DNA of 64,000 nucleotides from a virus. Lineage: Duplodnaviria > Caudoviricetes. The DNA is taken from IMG/VR virus record IMGVR_UViG_3300003375_000001, positions 160,001 to 224,000 of that record; one strand, written 5' to 3'. The notes under the pieces are model-generated. The model was not told the origin of the DNA. It did no database searches and worked only from the letters and a program-made list of their open reading frames with translations. Below are positions 1 to 8,532 of the stretch, piece after piece (within the stretch, counting starts at the first letter, position 1; each line of letters starts with the position of its first letter). The translations under genes and the position numbers were made by a program.

Positions 1-136
1 TGGACACACCTTTCTTGTCTGCGTAGCGTATAATCTTTTTAACTTCGCCTATGATTACAGCATTGCAGTCGGGTATATACTTGGCAAGCTTACCATCAAG
101 GTGAAGGTCTCCTATGCCAATCGCTTGAAGGGTCAT
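1..136 (-). CDS. 5' part of a metallophosphoesterase / SbcD-Mre11-like nuclease (runs off the window edge)
   Basis: Not in the ORF track. ATG at 136 reads MTLQAIGIGDLHLDGKLAKYIPDCNAVIIGEVKKIIRYADKKGVS and stays open to base 1. GDLH matches calcineurin-like phosphoesterase motif I (DxH), and it lies next to recA. Confidence 0.7.
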   Translation of the reverse strand, partial: MTLQAIGIGDLHLDGKLAKYIPDCNAVIIGEVKKIIRYADKKGVS

Positions 137-162
137 CTTAGTTTGCGTCTTTTGAATACATG

Positions 163-984
163 TCATGCTCCTGCGAGTTTCATCGCGTGGTTATCGACCT
201 TGAATTTAGACATAGGTAGCTTGGCTTTAACCTGAGCTACCAAAGGCTTGAGTTTAGGATTCTTCAAGATGCCAGTGTAAACAATGGCAAGGATAAGGTT
301 GTAAGAGTTGCTGCCAAGCCAGTTACACATGGACAAGGAACCGCCCGTGGCAAAGTTTGCACAAAGCAATGCCAAGCTTGCGAGTCCAGTAGCAGACAGG
401 AACATGTCTTCAATGGAATACGTTCCATGCAGTGCATTAACAATGTCGGACATGTCCAAGTCGATGTCAGGGTGGCCGGTGAAAGAGCTGTTCATCCAAA
501 CTATAAACAGAATACCTGCCAACGCAGGACCTGCAATTTTCTTTAAGTTAGGATACCTGGCTAGCACTTCGTCTATAGAAGCCGCGCCGGCTTTTATCTC
601 ATCCAGCAGACCTGATTTAAGAATGACTTCGAATACTGTGATGAAGGTAGTCTTTAGCAGTCGTGTTGCCTCGACCACGGCCTTCAACAGCTTGGCGAGG
701 TTGAATCCGATAGCTTTGAATAGAGCATATATGTCCTTGTGGGACAATGCCAAAGCGATCTCCTGCACACCAAGTTTTGTATGGTTAGACACGTCAGTGA
801 CGAACTGCTTTATGTCACCTAGAAAGTGCTCTACTACCTCAAAGGCGGGATTGGTTTTGACCTTCTCAATAAGGTCTTCAATGAACTTAGGCGCAGCCGT
901 CTCATCATACGTGGCAGTAAGAGCCGTGCACCAGAGGTTATAGTCGATAACCTTTTCATAAACGTTAAGTCTGTTTTGGTTCAT
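163..984 (-). CDS. hypothetical protein with hydrophobic C-terminal segments
   Basis: 273-aa ORF; 4-nt overlap with the upstream gene; hydrophobic stretches GPALAGILFIVWM and GLASLALLCANF. Confidence 0.7.
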   Translation of the reverse strand: MNQNRLNVYEKVIDYNLWCTALTATYDETAAPKFIEDLIEKVKTNPAFEVVEHFLGDIKQFVTDVSNHTKLGVQEIALALSHKDIYALFKAIGFNLAKLLKAVVEATRLLKTTFITVFEVILKSGLLDEIKAGAASIDEVLARYPNLKKIAGPALAGILFIVWMNSSFTGHPDIDLDMSDIVNALHGTYSIEDMFLSATGLASLALLCANFATGGSLSMCNWLGSNSYNLILAIVYTGILKNPKLKPLVAQVKAKLPMSKFKVDNHAMKLAGA

Positions 985-1562
985 TTTACTAACTCGATTC
1001 TTACATTATGCATGGGTGGTGCATACTTGAATATAGTGTAAGCTTGACCTGGCGTTAAACCTAACTTACCAAAGTCCTTCTGGGCCACTACATACAAGGG
1101 TGTACGTTTGTACTTCCCTAGCCGGCAGCCCCCGGTCTCCCACATAAAGAAGTTGTTCAAGGTGTACTGAGCGGTTCTACGAATTCTAACGTCCCTCAAA
1201 AACCAGTCAGGGATAAACCACATGTTCTTAGGATCAAAGGCATTTACGCTCATTACCATAGAAGCACTACCGTCTAAGAACATGTCAAAGTCTAACGGGT
1301 CTACGTTTATTACCCTCTTTTGACTGGGGTTGGCTTCTCCCCAGTCAATGAGTTGCATACCTTTTGTACCTACCCCAGAAGGCCAGTCTATAGCCTTTAC
1401 TTTCTTAGGCTCTGAAGAATATGAGAAGGTAGAACCAGGTGGGCTTACTATATCGTTACCCCATACTACTGTCCCTACGGGGTTAAGACTAAGGTCATGC
1501 ACCTTCTTGGTTAGATACACTATGTTACCGTCTTTCGTGTAGGGGCTAGGCGTGTCAGTCAT
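981..1562 (-). CDS. hypothetical protein
   Basis: Start moved to ATG 1562 (MTDTPSPY), which overlaps the recA stop by 8 nt. Confidence 0.65.
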   Translation of the reverse strand: MTDTPSPYTKDGNIVYLTKKVHDLSLNPVGTVVWGNDIVSPPGSTFSYSSEPKKVKAIDWPSGVGTKGMQLIDWGEANPSQKRVINVDPLDFDMFLDGSASMVMSVNAFDPKNMWFIPDWFLRDVRIRRTAQYTLNNFFMWETGGCRLGKYKRTPLYVVAQKDFGKLGLTPGQAYTIFKYAPPMHNVRIELVK

Positions 1563-2946
1563 CGGGATCTTCCTTCTTAGTCTTAAGGCGAGACCTATGC
1601 GTTGCAATGTATAGCTGTTCGGCGATGCCTTTGCGAATCTGATTAACGCAGCCTGCCCTAAGGTTAACTGGCTTCAGTCCAATCTTTTTGAAGGTATCAA
1701 CTGAGCCTTTAGGGTCCAACACCATCTTCTTAAACTCAAGCCAAGTAACGGCCTTTGTAGCTTCACCAAGTTTGTGAATGTTTAACTTTATCTGATGGCG
1801 CTTACCTGAGACCTGACCTGTTTGCTCAAGGAAAAAGAACAAGTCCCACACCGGGTCATAGCCTCTAGCTTCCCCGTTAGCGTCAGAAACCCATAGGCGT
1901 AGCCAAGTCTCTCTACCAGGAATAGCCAGTTTGTTTTTGTGAGCACGAACGTGAATGTATCGGTATACGTCTTCACCTTCATCAGTAACGCTAGCTTCTT
2001 TTTCAATTTGGCCTTCACCCTTAGGGTTATAAGGAACACCAGATAGAGCACGAGGGAAGTTACGCAAACGTGTATCGGAGAAGAACTTTAAGGCTTGGCC
2101 ACCGGGCTCCGTCTCGGGATTACCGAATCTAGCCATAGGGTTTAGGCGCAACTGATTGATTCCTAAGAACACAATACGTTTAGCTCTAAGCGCACCCTTG
2201 ATACGGGGTAACTGCTTTGAGAACATGCGTGCTTGCACCGCAATAGAGTTATCACCTTCTTCTTCGTCCATAGAAGACGGGACAAGAGAAGGGAACGAGT
2301 CCAGCAAAATTATGAGCTGAGCCCGTCCGTCTTCTGCTGGTACCCATATGCCTTCATTCTTAGAAGTCATACGCTTGTCCGCGTAGGCCTTAACGCGTTC
2401 TACAGCCTTCTTGTTCTTTTCATCGTATACATACCACCACTGGCCTTCGTCATACCGTTTTTCGGGTAGACGTTTCTCGACAGCGTGTAGCCAGTTAAAG
2501 AACTTTTCGGATTGATAGTCGTCACGGTACAGGACTAGAGGAACTTCGCCTTTCTTTTCATCTCCCTGAAAGATGTCTTCGACCGTAGCCTTGACACCAT
2601 TGGTTTGAAAGATGTTTGCCACGTAGTCTGTGGACGAGCCAGTAGAGTTCTCGGCGTCCCATAGAACTCGCATGTCGACCTCTTGGCTTACAGAAGCCCC
2701 CATCATAGTGATGGCGCCTGTCGTCTTTGCCGATTGTTCTGGACCAAAGATAACGTGCATACCAGGAGCAAGGCCGCCTCCATATATAAGGTCCAGACAT
2801 AATAGGCCTGTGTTGAGACGATCTTCCGCAGTCAGACTAATTGCGGAAATCTTAACTATGCTGTTGACTTCATCAATGATGCCAGCTATTTCAGCTTTGC
2901 GATAGGCATTTTTTGCAGGTGTTTCAGACGCGGTTGCTTTGGCCAT
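1555..2946 (-). CDS. recA: RecA/UvsX-like recombinase
   Basis: Walker A GPEQSAKTT; Walker B LIILLDS; AVQARMFSKQL; RecA signature PGGQALKFFSDTRL; start moved to ATG 2946 (MAKATASE). Confidence 0.93.
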   Translation of the reverse strand: MAKATASETPAKNAYRKAEIAGIIDEVNSIVKISAISLTAEDRLNTGLLCLDLIYGGGLAPGMHVIFGPEQSAKTTGAITMMGASVSQEVDMRVLWDAENSTGSSTDYVANIFQTNGVKATVEDIFQGDEKKGEVPLVLYRDDYQSEKFFNWLHAVEKRLPEKRYDEGQWWYVYDEKNKKAVERVKAYADKRMTSKNEGIWVPAEDGRAQLIILLDSFPSLVPSSMDEEEGDNSIAVQARMFSKQLPRIKGALRAKRIVFLGINQLRLNPMARFGNPETEPGGQALKFFSDTRLRNFPRALSGVPYNPKGEGQIEKEASVTDEGEDVYRYIHVRAHKNKLAIPGRETWLRLWVSDANGEARGYDPVWDLFFFLEQTGQVSGKRHQIKLNIHKLGEATKAVTWLEFKKMVLDPKGSVDTFKKIGLKPVNLRAGCVNQIRKGIAEQLYIATHRSRLKTKKEDPDD

Positions 2947-2961
2947 TTGTAAAATGAGTTG

Positions 2962-2995
2962 GAGAAAGGGAAAGAGGAGCACTGAGGCTCCTCTT
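2962..2995 (-). terminator. putative intrinsic terminator after the SSB-like gene
   Basis: 9-bp stem AAGAGGAGC/GCTCCTCTT (2972-2995) with a 6-nt loop, followed on minus by pyrimidine-rich TCCCTTTCT. Confidence 0.55.
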
Positions 2996-3016
2996 GGTTT
3001 GCACGTCAGTCAGACA

Positions 3017-4426
3017 TTACAGATCGTCATCTTCATCATCAACGGGCTTCTTTTTAACAGGCTTCTTAAAGGCCTTCTTAGGAGGCTCATCGTCCTCGTC
3101 TTCATCTTCGTCGAGATCCTCGTCTTCATCGACAGGCTTCTTCTTTACCGCTTTCTTGGCAGGAGCCTTCTTCTTTGGAGGCTCGTCTTCGTCGTCTTCG
3201 TCGTCTTCATCTTCATCTTCATCTTCGTCAAAGTCTTCTACCTTCTTTTTGGCAGGAGCCTTCTTTGCGGGGCGCTTAGGCTCATCGTCCAAGTCGTCGT
3301 CAAAGTCGTCGTCAGCTGGCTTCTTCTTTGCCGACTTCTTCTTTGGAGGCTCGTCGTCTTCATCCTCGTCGAGATCCTCGTCTTCATCGACAGGCTTCTT
3401 CTTTACTGCTTTCTTCTTTGGCGGTTCATCGTCCTCGTCTTCATCCTCGTCAAAGTCTTCTACCTTCTTTTTGGCAGGAGCCTTCTTCTTTGGAGGAGTA
3501 TCGTCTTCGTCGAGGTCATCGTCCTCGTCGTCAAAGTCTTCTACCTTCTTTTTGGCAGGAGCCTTCTTCTTTGGAGGAGTATCGTCTTCGTCGTCCTCGT
3601 CAGAGTCTTTCTTCTTGGTGGCCTTCAAGCCCATCTTCGGCGCCCACTTATCGTATTCCACTTGCACTTCTTCAGTAGTTGGATATTCAGCAAGGTCGCT
3701 AAGGTCCCATACCAAGTATCGGCCTTCTGATTCTGTAATAGGGGAGTGTTCACCCTTTTGAACCGAGTACATTTGAGCAGCAGGCTTGGACTTGTCTTTC
3801 ATGATGGACACGTCACAGCCGTTGTCAGCGTGCAATACGCTAAATGCCTTGGTATCTCCGTTGTCGTCGTCATGCGTGTTGAGTTGCTTCAAGTCCTTCA
3901 TAGCCCGAATGACGCTATTGGTAGCACGAACAGCGACAACGGGAGTCCAAGTATCTGACTCTTTGTCCTTGTACCCTGACGCCTTCTCTTCAGGTGTAGC
4001 CTTAGTCGCGTCAGCAGGCTTACCGGCCTTTTGCTTACCACGAAGAATAGCGTTAAAGAAGTAGTCCTGTGAGAACCTGGACAACGCCGCGTCGTTTTCT
4101 ACCCCTTCAGCCTTCGCCTTAGCCTCATAGGTACAGAATGCACAATGACCTACGCCGTTACCACCTAGACGTTGAGAAGTCTCTGCATCCCAGGCAGAAC
4201 AGCCGATGTAGAAGGAGCCCTTAGACTTGTCCTTCTTAATTGTCTTTACCCAGTGACCACCGATAGCTGCAATCTGACCGAACGGTCGCAAACGCGCGTA
4301 CTTGCCATCGGGTAGTTGATAAATTTCGATTGTGTCGGACGGCTTACGACGATTGTTATCTCCGCCGCCTGTGGGGACGTCATCGATATCACGAAGGTTT
4401 GATTTTGGTTTTGGTTTAGTGGCCAT
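3017..4426 (-). CDS. putative single-stranded DNA-binding protein (gp32-like) with a ~200-aa acidic/lysine repeat tail
   Basis: Folded N-terminal half with C..HCAFC putative Zn ligands; long D/E-rich tail; directly upstream of recA; SD AAGGAG. Function inferred from architecture and context. Confidence 0.6.
   Translation of the reverse strand: MATKPKPKSNLRDIDDVPTGGGDNNRRKPSDTIEIYQLPDGKYARLRPFGQIAAIGGHWVKTIKKDKSKGSFYIGCSAWDAETSQRLGGNGVGHCAFCTYEAKAKAEGVENDAALSRFSQDYFFNAILRGKQKAGKPADATKATPEEKASGYKDKESDTWTPVVAVRATNSVIRAMKDLKQLNTHDDDNGDTKAFSVLHADNGCDVSIMKDKSKPAAQMYSVQKGEHSPITESEGRYLVWDLSDLAEYPTTEEVQVEYDKWAPKMGLKATKKKDSDEDDEDDTPPKKKAPAKKKVEDFDDEDDDLDEDDTPPKKKAPAKKKVEDFDEDEDEDDEPPKKKAVKKKPVDEDEDLDEDEDDEPPKKKSAKKKPADDDFDDDLDDEPKRPAKKAPAKKKVEDFDEDEDEDEDDEDDEDEPPKKKAPAKKAVKKKPVDEDEDLDEDEDEDDEPPKKAFKKPVKKKPVDDEDDDL
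3060..3610 (-). repeat. in-frame degenerate repeats encoding alternating DEDEDD / PPKKKAPAKKK blocks
   Basis: GTCAAAGTCTTCTACCTTCTTTTTGGCAGGAGCCTTCTT recurs three times (about 3227, 3449, 3530), with other shared units. Confidence 0.85.
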
Positions 4427-4465
4427 GGATGGCTACTCCTTGTTGACGAAAGTGTAGATGAGCTA

Positions 4466-4472
4466 TTAACAG
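4466..4472 (-). promoter_or_regulatory. CTGTTAA upstream motif (candidate phage promoter)
   Basis: Immediately after a stop codon, 40 nt upstream of ATG 4426. Confidence 0.5.
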
Positions 4473-4473
4473 A

Positions 4474-5085
4474 TCACAGGCCTTTAGCCTCTTTAATAAG
4501 CAGGCTCAGACAAACCTTGCTCCAGTTCTCAAGACGGTTAAACTCGTCTAGTGTAAACTCTGATGGTTTACGGAAAAAGCCTTTTTCAATCACACCTTCT
4601 TCTGCCTGAAGCTTTTGCTTGTTGGGAACTACAAACACACTTCGAATGCCCAGATGTACACGGCCAACAGGGTTAGTTACGTCGTATATTAGGTGAGTGA
4701 AGGATACTGACCCGATGGGATCAAGAACGGAGAGGCCTACTTCCTCTCGAATTTCCCGGGCGCACTCATTCTTGAGGTGGTGTTCCAGTTTGAAGTAAGG
4801 AGGTACTTCACTGTCCACGTGACCGCCAAGTCCTATGCTAAGGTTGCCATGCAAACGAGACTCTTCCCCAGAGCCTCCTCTGTAATAGCAGTATACTTCT
4901 CCGTCTTCGTTGAGAAGGTTTAGATAAGGCAATAGCTGAAGCTTGGTTTCATCCAGTTCAAGACCATCAGGCCCGTTTCGGTCACCAATGGCCGTTGGGA
5001 GCGTTTCGAAAAACAAAGGAGGAATCACGAGGGCATGAGGCTGATCTGTGAACAACGAAGCCTTAACGTAGAGTGCTGGTTTCAT
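4474..5085 (-). CDS. NUDIX-family phosphoesterase (COG4112-like)
   Basis: RLHGNLSIGLGGHVD and the NUDIX helix ECAREIREEVGL. Confidence 0.8.
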   Translation of the reverse strand: MKPALYVKASLFTDQPHALVIPPLFFETLPTAIGDRNGPDGLELDETKLQLLPYLNLLNEDGEVYCYYRGGSGEESRLHGNLSIGLGGHVDSEVPPYFKLEHHLKNECAREIREEVGLSVLDPIGSVSFTHLIYDVTNPVGRVHLGIRSVFVVPNKQKLQAEEGVIEKGFFRKPSEFTLDEFNRLENWSKVCLSLLIKEAKGL

Positions 5086-5450
5086 TTGGACTTGTTAGGT
5101 TTGAGGTTGATAACAACAGAGCCCTTGGCGCTAGTCTTAGCAGACACAACGGTTGGGGCCTGTGGGTTGGACGCTAAGCCTTTGTAGAAGCGCGTTATGC
5201 TAGTAGACTTAGAAAGGTAAGACAGGCAATTTGCACCTTGGGCGTCTGTTGGAGAAGAATATATGTATGACCAGTTCTTACCGTCAAATCGAGAGAAGCC
5301 TTGGTGAGGAGCAACCAGCCCTTCTACTTTACAGAAATAGACACCTGGAAACGCTGGTGGGGTTTCACTTGCGTCAATGAAGTCAGTAAGACCGTAGTCT
5401 TTGGCTAACTTCTTGCTGTAGTCAGGAGCAAAATCAGGTAGATGTGCCAT
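5082..5450 (-). CDS. hypothetical protein
   Basis: Start moved to ATG 5450 (MAHLPDF); overlaps both neighbours. Confidence 0.6.
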   Translation of the reverse strand: MAHLPDFAPDYSKKLAKDYGLTDFIDASETPPAFPGVYFCKVEGLVAPHQGFSRFDGKNWSYIYSSPTDAQGANCLSYLSKSTSITRFYKGLASNPQAPTVVSAKTSAKGSVVINLKPNKSK

Positions 5451-6063
5451 TGTTTGCCTGTTCAAGCATAACGTCGATGAGGGCTGCGCGACGTTCAAGG
5501 AACAGGCCTGCGTAGCCAATGATATCAACAAAAGTATCATCAAAGTCGTCATCACCTGCGGTATTAAGAACTTCCCCCGCAAGGTACTTAGGCACTAGAG
5601 TAGCAAGACGGTCGGTCTTACGAACAAAGCTAAAGAACGCCCCTTGACCACCACGTTTAGACCAGCTCTCACCGTAGTTGGCATTCTTTACCTTTATTGT
5701 TTCAACGATGCTAGTAAGCAGACGTTGTTCCGTAGTGTCTACAGTGGCAGACTCTGGTGTGCGGTTCTTGTTAGATAGGTAAGCTGTGCAAAGACACACA
5801 AGAGAACCTAGCAAGCCCTCAATAAGAGTATTGATGCCCTGTTGATCAATGGACGCCCTTAAGTTTTCTTTATCAGAGCTTGCCTCTCTAGCAACAGCCT
5901 TTACCTTGAGAATGTCATACCCTATTTGAGACAACACACCTTCAAGGGTGTTAGCTGTCATCAGTAGGTACTTAAACTCGGGATCAGGTTCTACCGGCTG
6001 CAATGCCTTTTCGATAAGCAGTCGAAGCATACGTTGGTAGTCGGTCTTTGGCGTGGTGGTCAT
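5434..6063 (-). CDS. nucleotide-modification-associated domain 1 (Nmad1/DUF1599-like, all-alpha NTP pyrophosphatase fold) protein
   Basis: C-terminal K-NANYGESW...RKTDRL...DTFVDIIGYA pattern typical of the family. Confidence 0.7.
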   Translation of the reverse strand: MTTTPKTDYQRMLRLLIEKALQPVEPDPEFKYLLMTANTLEGVLSQIGYDILKVKAVAREASSDKENLRASIDQQGINTLIEGLLGSLVCLCTAYLSNKNRTPESATVDTTEQRLLTSIVETIKVKNANYGESWSKRGGQGAFFSFVRKTDRLATLVPKYLAGEVLNTAGDDDFDDTFVDIIGYAGLFLERRAALIDVMLEQANNGTST

Positions 6064-6101
6064 TTTACAAGGTCTCGTGTAGGGAAGTTAGCTTAACTTG
6101 A

Positions 6102-6108
6102 TTAACAG
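6102..6108 (-). promoter_or_regulatory. CTGTTAA upstream motif
   Basis: Just after the stop of 6114..6521; 39 nt upstream of ATG 6063. Confidence 0.5.
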
Positions 6109-6113
6109 ATGGA

Positions 6114-6521
6114 CTAAAAGTCAATGGTCATTTTGCATTCCAGCTTACCATTGACCTTCTTTAGCGTAATGGTAACGTCTTCATTATTGAATGACACGCC
6201 TTTATCGCCTGGCGACTTTATGATTCCGTAGCCTAGAGCCTTAAGCTTCGAAGCCAAGGTAGCGGAAGGTGTCTTAGGGTCTATAGCTGACTTGGTTTCG
6301 GGGTGAGCTAGATCAAGATGAAACACCGCAGATATAATTCGGCAGTCTACCTCGTCTATAGCCACGTATAGAAACTTGAAGCCTATTGACTCGGTTACCT
6401 GATGAATCTTTCTAACCTTGGCTATGTCTTCCTCAAAAAGCTTTTCTCTGGTTTCAATCTTGACTTCAGACTCTCGGAGTCGTTTGCGTACCTTCTCGGC
6501 TTGTTGATCTAGGTAGTCCAT
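6114..6521 (-). CDS. hypothetical protein
   Basis: 135-aa ORF in an operon-like run. Confidence 0.65.
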   Translation of the reverse strand: MDYLDQQAEKVRKRLRESEVKIETREKLFEEDIAKVRKIHQVTESIGFKFLYVAIDEVDCRIISAVFHLDLAHPETKSAIDPKTPSATLASKLKALGYGIIKSPGDKGVSFNNEDVTITLKKVNGKLECKMTIDF

Positions 6522-7485
6522 TGCTGATATCCTCTTTTAACGTGAAGGTTTCGATAACGGATCTAGTCTCTAGTATCCCCAGCATTACACGGCCAGAGCC
6601 TACAGGGTCCATCATCCTTGCAATTATTCTAACGTGCTCAATCTCTTCTTCCCTAACCATGGCGTCTACCATAGACTCGGCTTCAGTATCAGGAGCTTCG
6701 TTAGATGCAGACTCTGGTATATAGTCAGCCCTAGCATTCTTTGTAAGATGCGTTCTGGCTGTAAGAAACCAGTTTTGTATGTGTGAGGTTAAGACTCCTT
6801 GCCTGAAGTCGCATTTGTCTATAGCCCTAGAAGCCATCACCACATAGCTCTGAACTATGTCGTCGAGTGGTACAGACATTTCAAAGTGACGAACGTAGTC
6901 CGTTTGCGCCGTGGTTAGGCACATACGAATGTACTTCTCCAAAACGGCAGTCTTGAAAGAGTCAGCCTCTTGAATCCAGTACTGTACTTCTTGCATAACA
7001 GGGAGGAGTGACGAGGTAGTGTTTACTGCGTTCTCTACTCGCTTTTTATAGACTAGCATTTCGGTTAATGGGACAACGACGCCCCCACGTTTTAGCTCAC
7101 AATTGCACGCGGCCTCATAGTCTGCGTGCTGGCGTAAAAACGTTCTACAGAATTCGTATATGGCTATACGATCAAGCTTCAAAGATGAAAGCTTTTGCAC
7201 CTTCATCCACTTAGGGTATAGGAGCCAAGCTACAGCTATACCAGCGAAGGCTTGCTTGTCCACAAGACTGACCTTGCGTTTGTTATTCTTCTCCTGCCAG
7301 CCTATTAGACTACACAGGTATGTTTCAAATAGATTGGTGTGTTCTACTATAGGTGCCAGGCTGCGATACAGTAGAGTATCCAGTAGCTGAAGATACTGAC
7401 CTGAGGTTAGGTTAGTACCTATTTGTTCCCTGACGCGCTTTAGGATAGCGAAAGACTTTGAATGAGTGTACTGCCCGGTGCTCAC
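6466..7485 (-). CDS. putative sigma70-like RNA polymerase sigma factor (phage-encoded)
   Basis: LDDIVQSYVVMASRAIDKCDFRQGVLTSHIQNWF aligns by eye with sigma70 region 2.2-2.3 (DLIQEG..GL..AVEKFD..KG..FSTYA.WW); GTG start. Confidence 0.65.
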   Translation of the reverse strand: MSTGQYTHSKSFAILKRVREQIGTNLTSGQYLQLLDTLLYRSLAPIVEHTNLFETYLCSLIGWQEKNNKRKVSLVDKQAFAGIAVAWLLYPKWMKVQKLSSLKLDRIAIYEFCRTFLRQHADYEAACNCELKRGGVVVPLTEMLVYKKRVENAVNTTSSLLPVMQEVQYWIQEADSFKTAVLEKYIRMCLTTAQTDYVRHFEMSVPLDDIVQSYVVMASRAIDKCDFRQGVLTSHIQNWFLTARTHLTKNARADYIPESASNEAPDTEAESMVDAMVREEEIEHVRIIARMMDPVGSGRVMLGILETRSVIETFTLKEDISNGLPRSTSREGTQTTPRV

Positions 7486-7500
7486 GACTATGTCTCCCCG

Positions 7501-8523
7501 TTACGGCTTGTTCTTTTTCTTGATTGACTGAGGGATCCATCTGTAGGATGAATCAATATGATTAGTTTGCTTCAACACCTGAGCCATCTTAACAATGTGT
7601 TTGCAATTATGAACAACAAAGCCGTTAGCCGTAAAGTGAGGAGTATTAGCAACCGTCAAATCATAAACACGTTTAGTATGAGTTTTCTTAACTTCCTTTA
7701 CCTTAACATATCGTATATCAGGTTCAATAAGGCGAGATACCAGACTACTGATACCTGATAGATCCTTTTCCATAGGCGCGTACCCTCTCTCACCCCCTTC
7801 AGATATCAAGTAGCCTAAAACCACGGCTTCTGGTATTAATTTTCCTAATGGGTTTGTATTAGTATCAACTAGCTCCACCAGGAAGTCTCCTGTTTTTATG
7901 TTCCGCGCTTCTGTCCATTTAGGTAGCTCTCCGTCTCTAACCGTCATAACCTTATGGTCAGGAGTGACGGTTAGTGTTCTACCCAATTGTTTTAGAGATA
8001 TGGTTAAGGTGGCAGTATTTTCTCGGGTAAGTGCGGAGTCTGTAACCTTTTCGTATCCGTTAAGAGTTAAAACACGATCTCCTACTTTTACGTCCTCTAC
8101 TGGAATTTGTCCACGCTTTGTCTGAATAAATTCGCCTTCGGCTATGCAACACCCCGCCATTTGTCTGTGGTTACGCTCGTTAGGAGGCTCTCCATTACAA
8201 TAATGTATTTCTGAAGCACCCTTTGCGTGTAGGGCGTACTCAAAGGTAGCCCAGAAGTCAGGACAAGAGCAAGATACCTTTACGTAGCCTTTGGGTGATA
8301 TAAAGTCTATCGTGGTTACATAGTCGTCGTATCCTGTAAGCGTGTGATTGGGAGTCTTAGTCTTACATATGGAACGAACTATGTAACCGCCGTGGCCGTC
8401 TATTATAGACTTGGAATAGCCGACCCTAAGTGACGTGGCACGCACATAAGGTATCCCTGCTATTCTAGTACCGTTAGGATCAAAACGGTAGAGATTCTGT
8501 ATGATGGTGCCAAGCGTCAACAT
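7501..8523 (-). CDS. SWIM-type zinc-finger protein precursor containing a mini-intein
   Basis: CSCPDF upstream and CKH downstream of the intein; splicing restores CxC...CxH. Confidence 0.8.
   Translation of the reverse strand: MLTLGTIIQNLYRFDPNGTRIAGIPYVRATSLRVGYSKSIIDGHGGYIVRSICKTKTPNHTLTGYDDYVTTIDFISPKGYVKVSCSCPDFWATFEYALHAKGASEIHYCNGEPPNERNHRQMAGCCIAEGEFIQTKRGQIPVEDVKVGDRVLTLNGYEKVTDSALTRENTATLTISLKQLGRTLTVTPDHKVMTVRDGELPKWTEARNIKTGDFLVELVDTNTNPLGKLIPEAVVLGYLISEGGERGYAPMEKDLSGISSLVSRLIEPDIRYVKVKEVKKTHTKRVYDLTVANTPHFTANGFVVHNCKHIVKMAQVLKQTNHIDSSYRWIPQSIKKKNKP
7606..8148 (-). mobile_element. 181-aa mini-intein (aa 126-306) with a LAGLIDADG remnant
   Basis: Block A CIAEGEFI; block B TVTPDHKV; block F VYDLTV..TPHFTANG; block G VVHN followed by Cys+1; LGYLISEG resembles an orphan LAGLIDADG helix. 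Confidence 0.92.
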
Positions 8524-8532
8524 ACGTTAGCC

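Noticed and set aside
2939-3761. Long plus-strand ORFs (263 and 255 aa) over the SSB tail
   Set aside because: Antisense shadows of low-complexity D/E/K codons (poly-Ser/Phe or Leu/Val), with no SD or domain.
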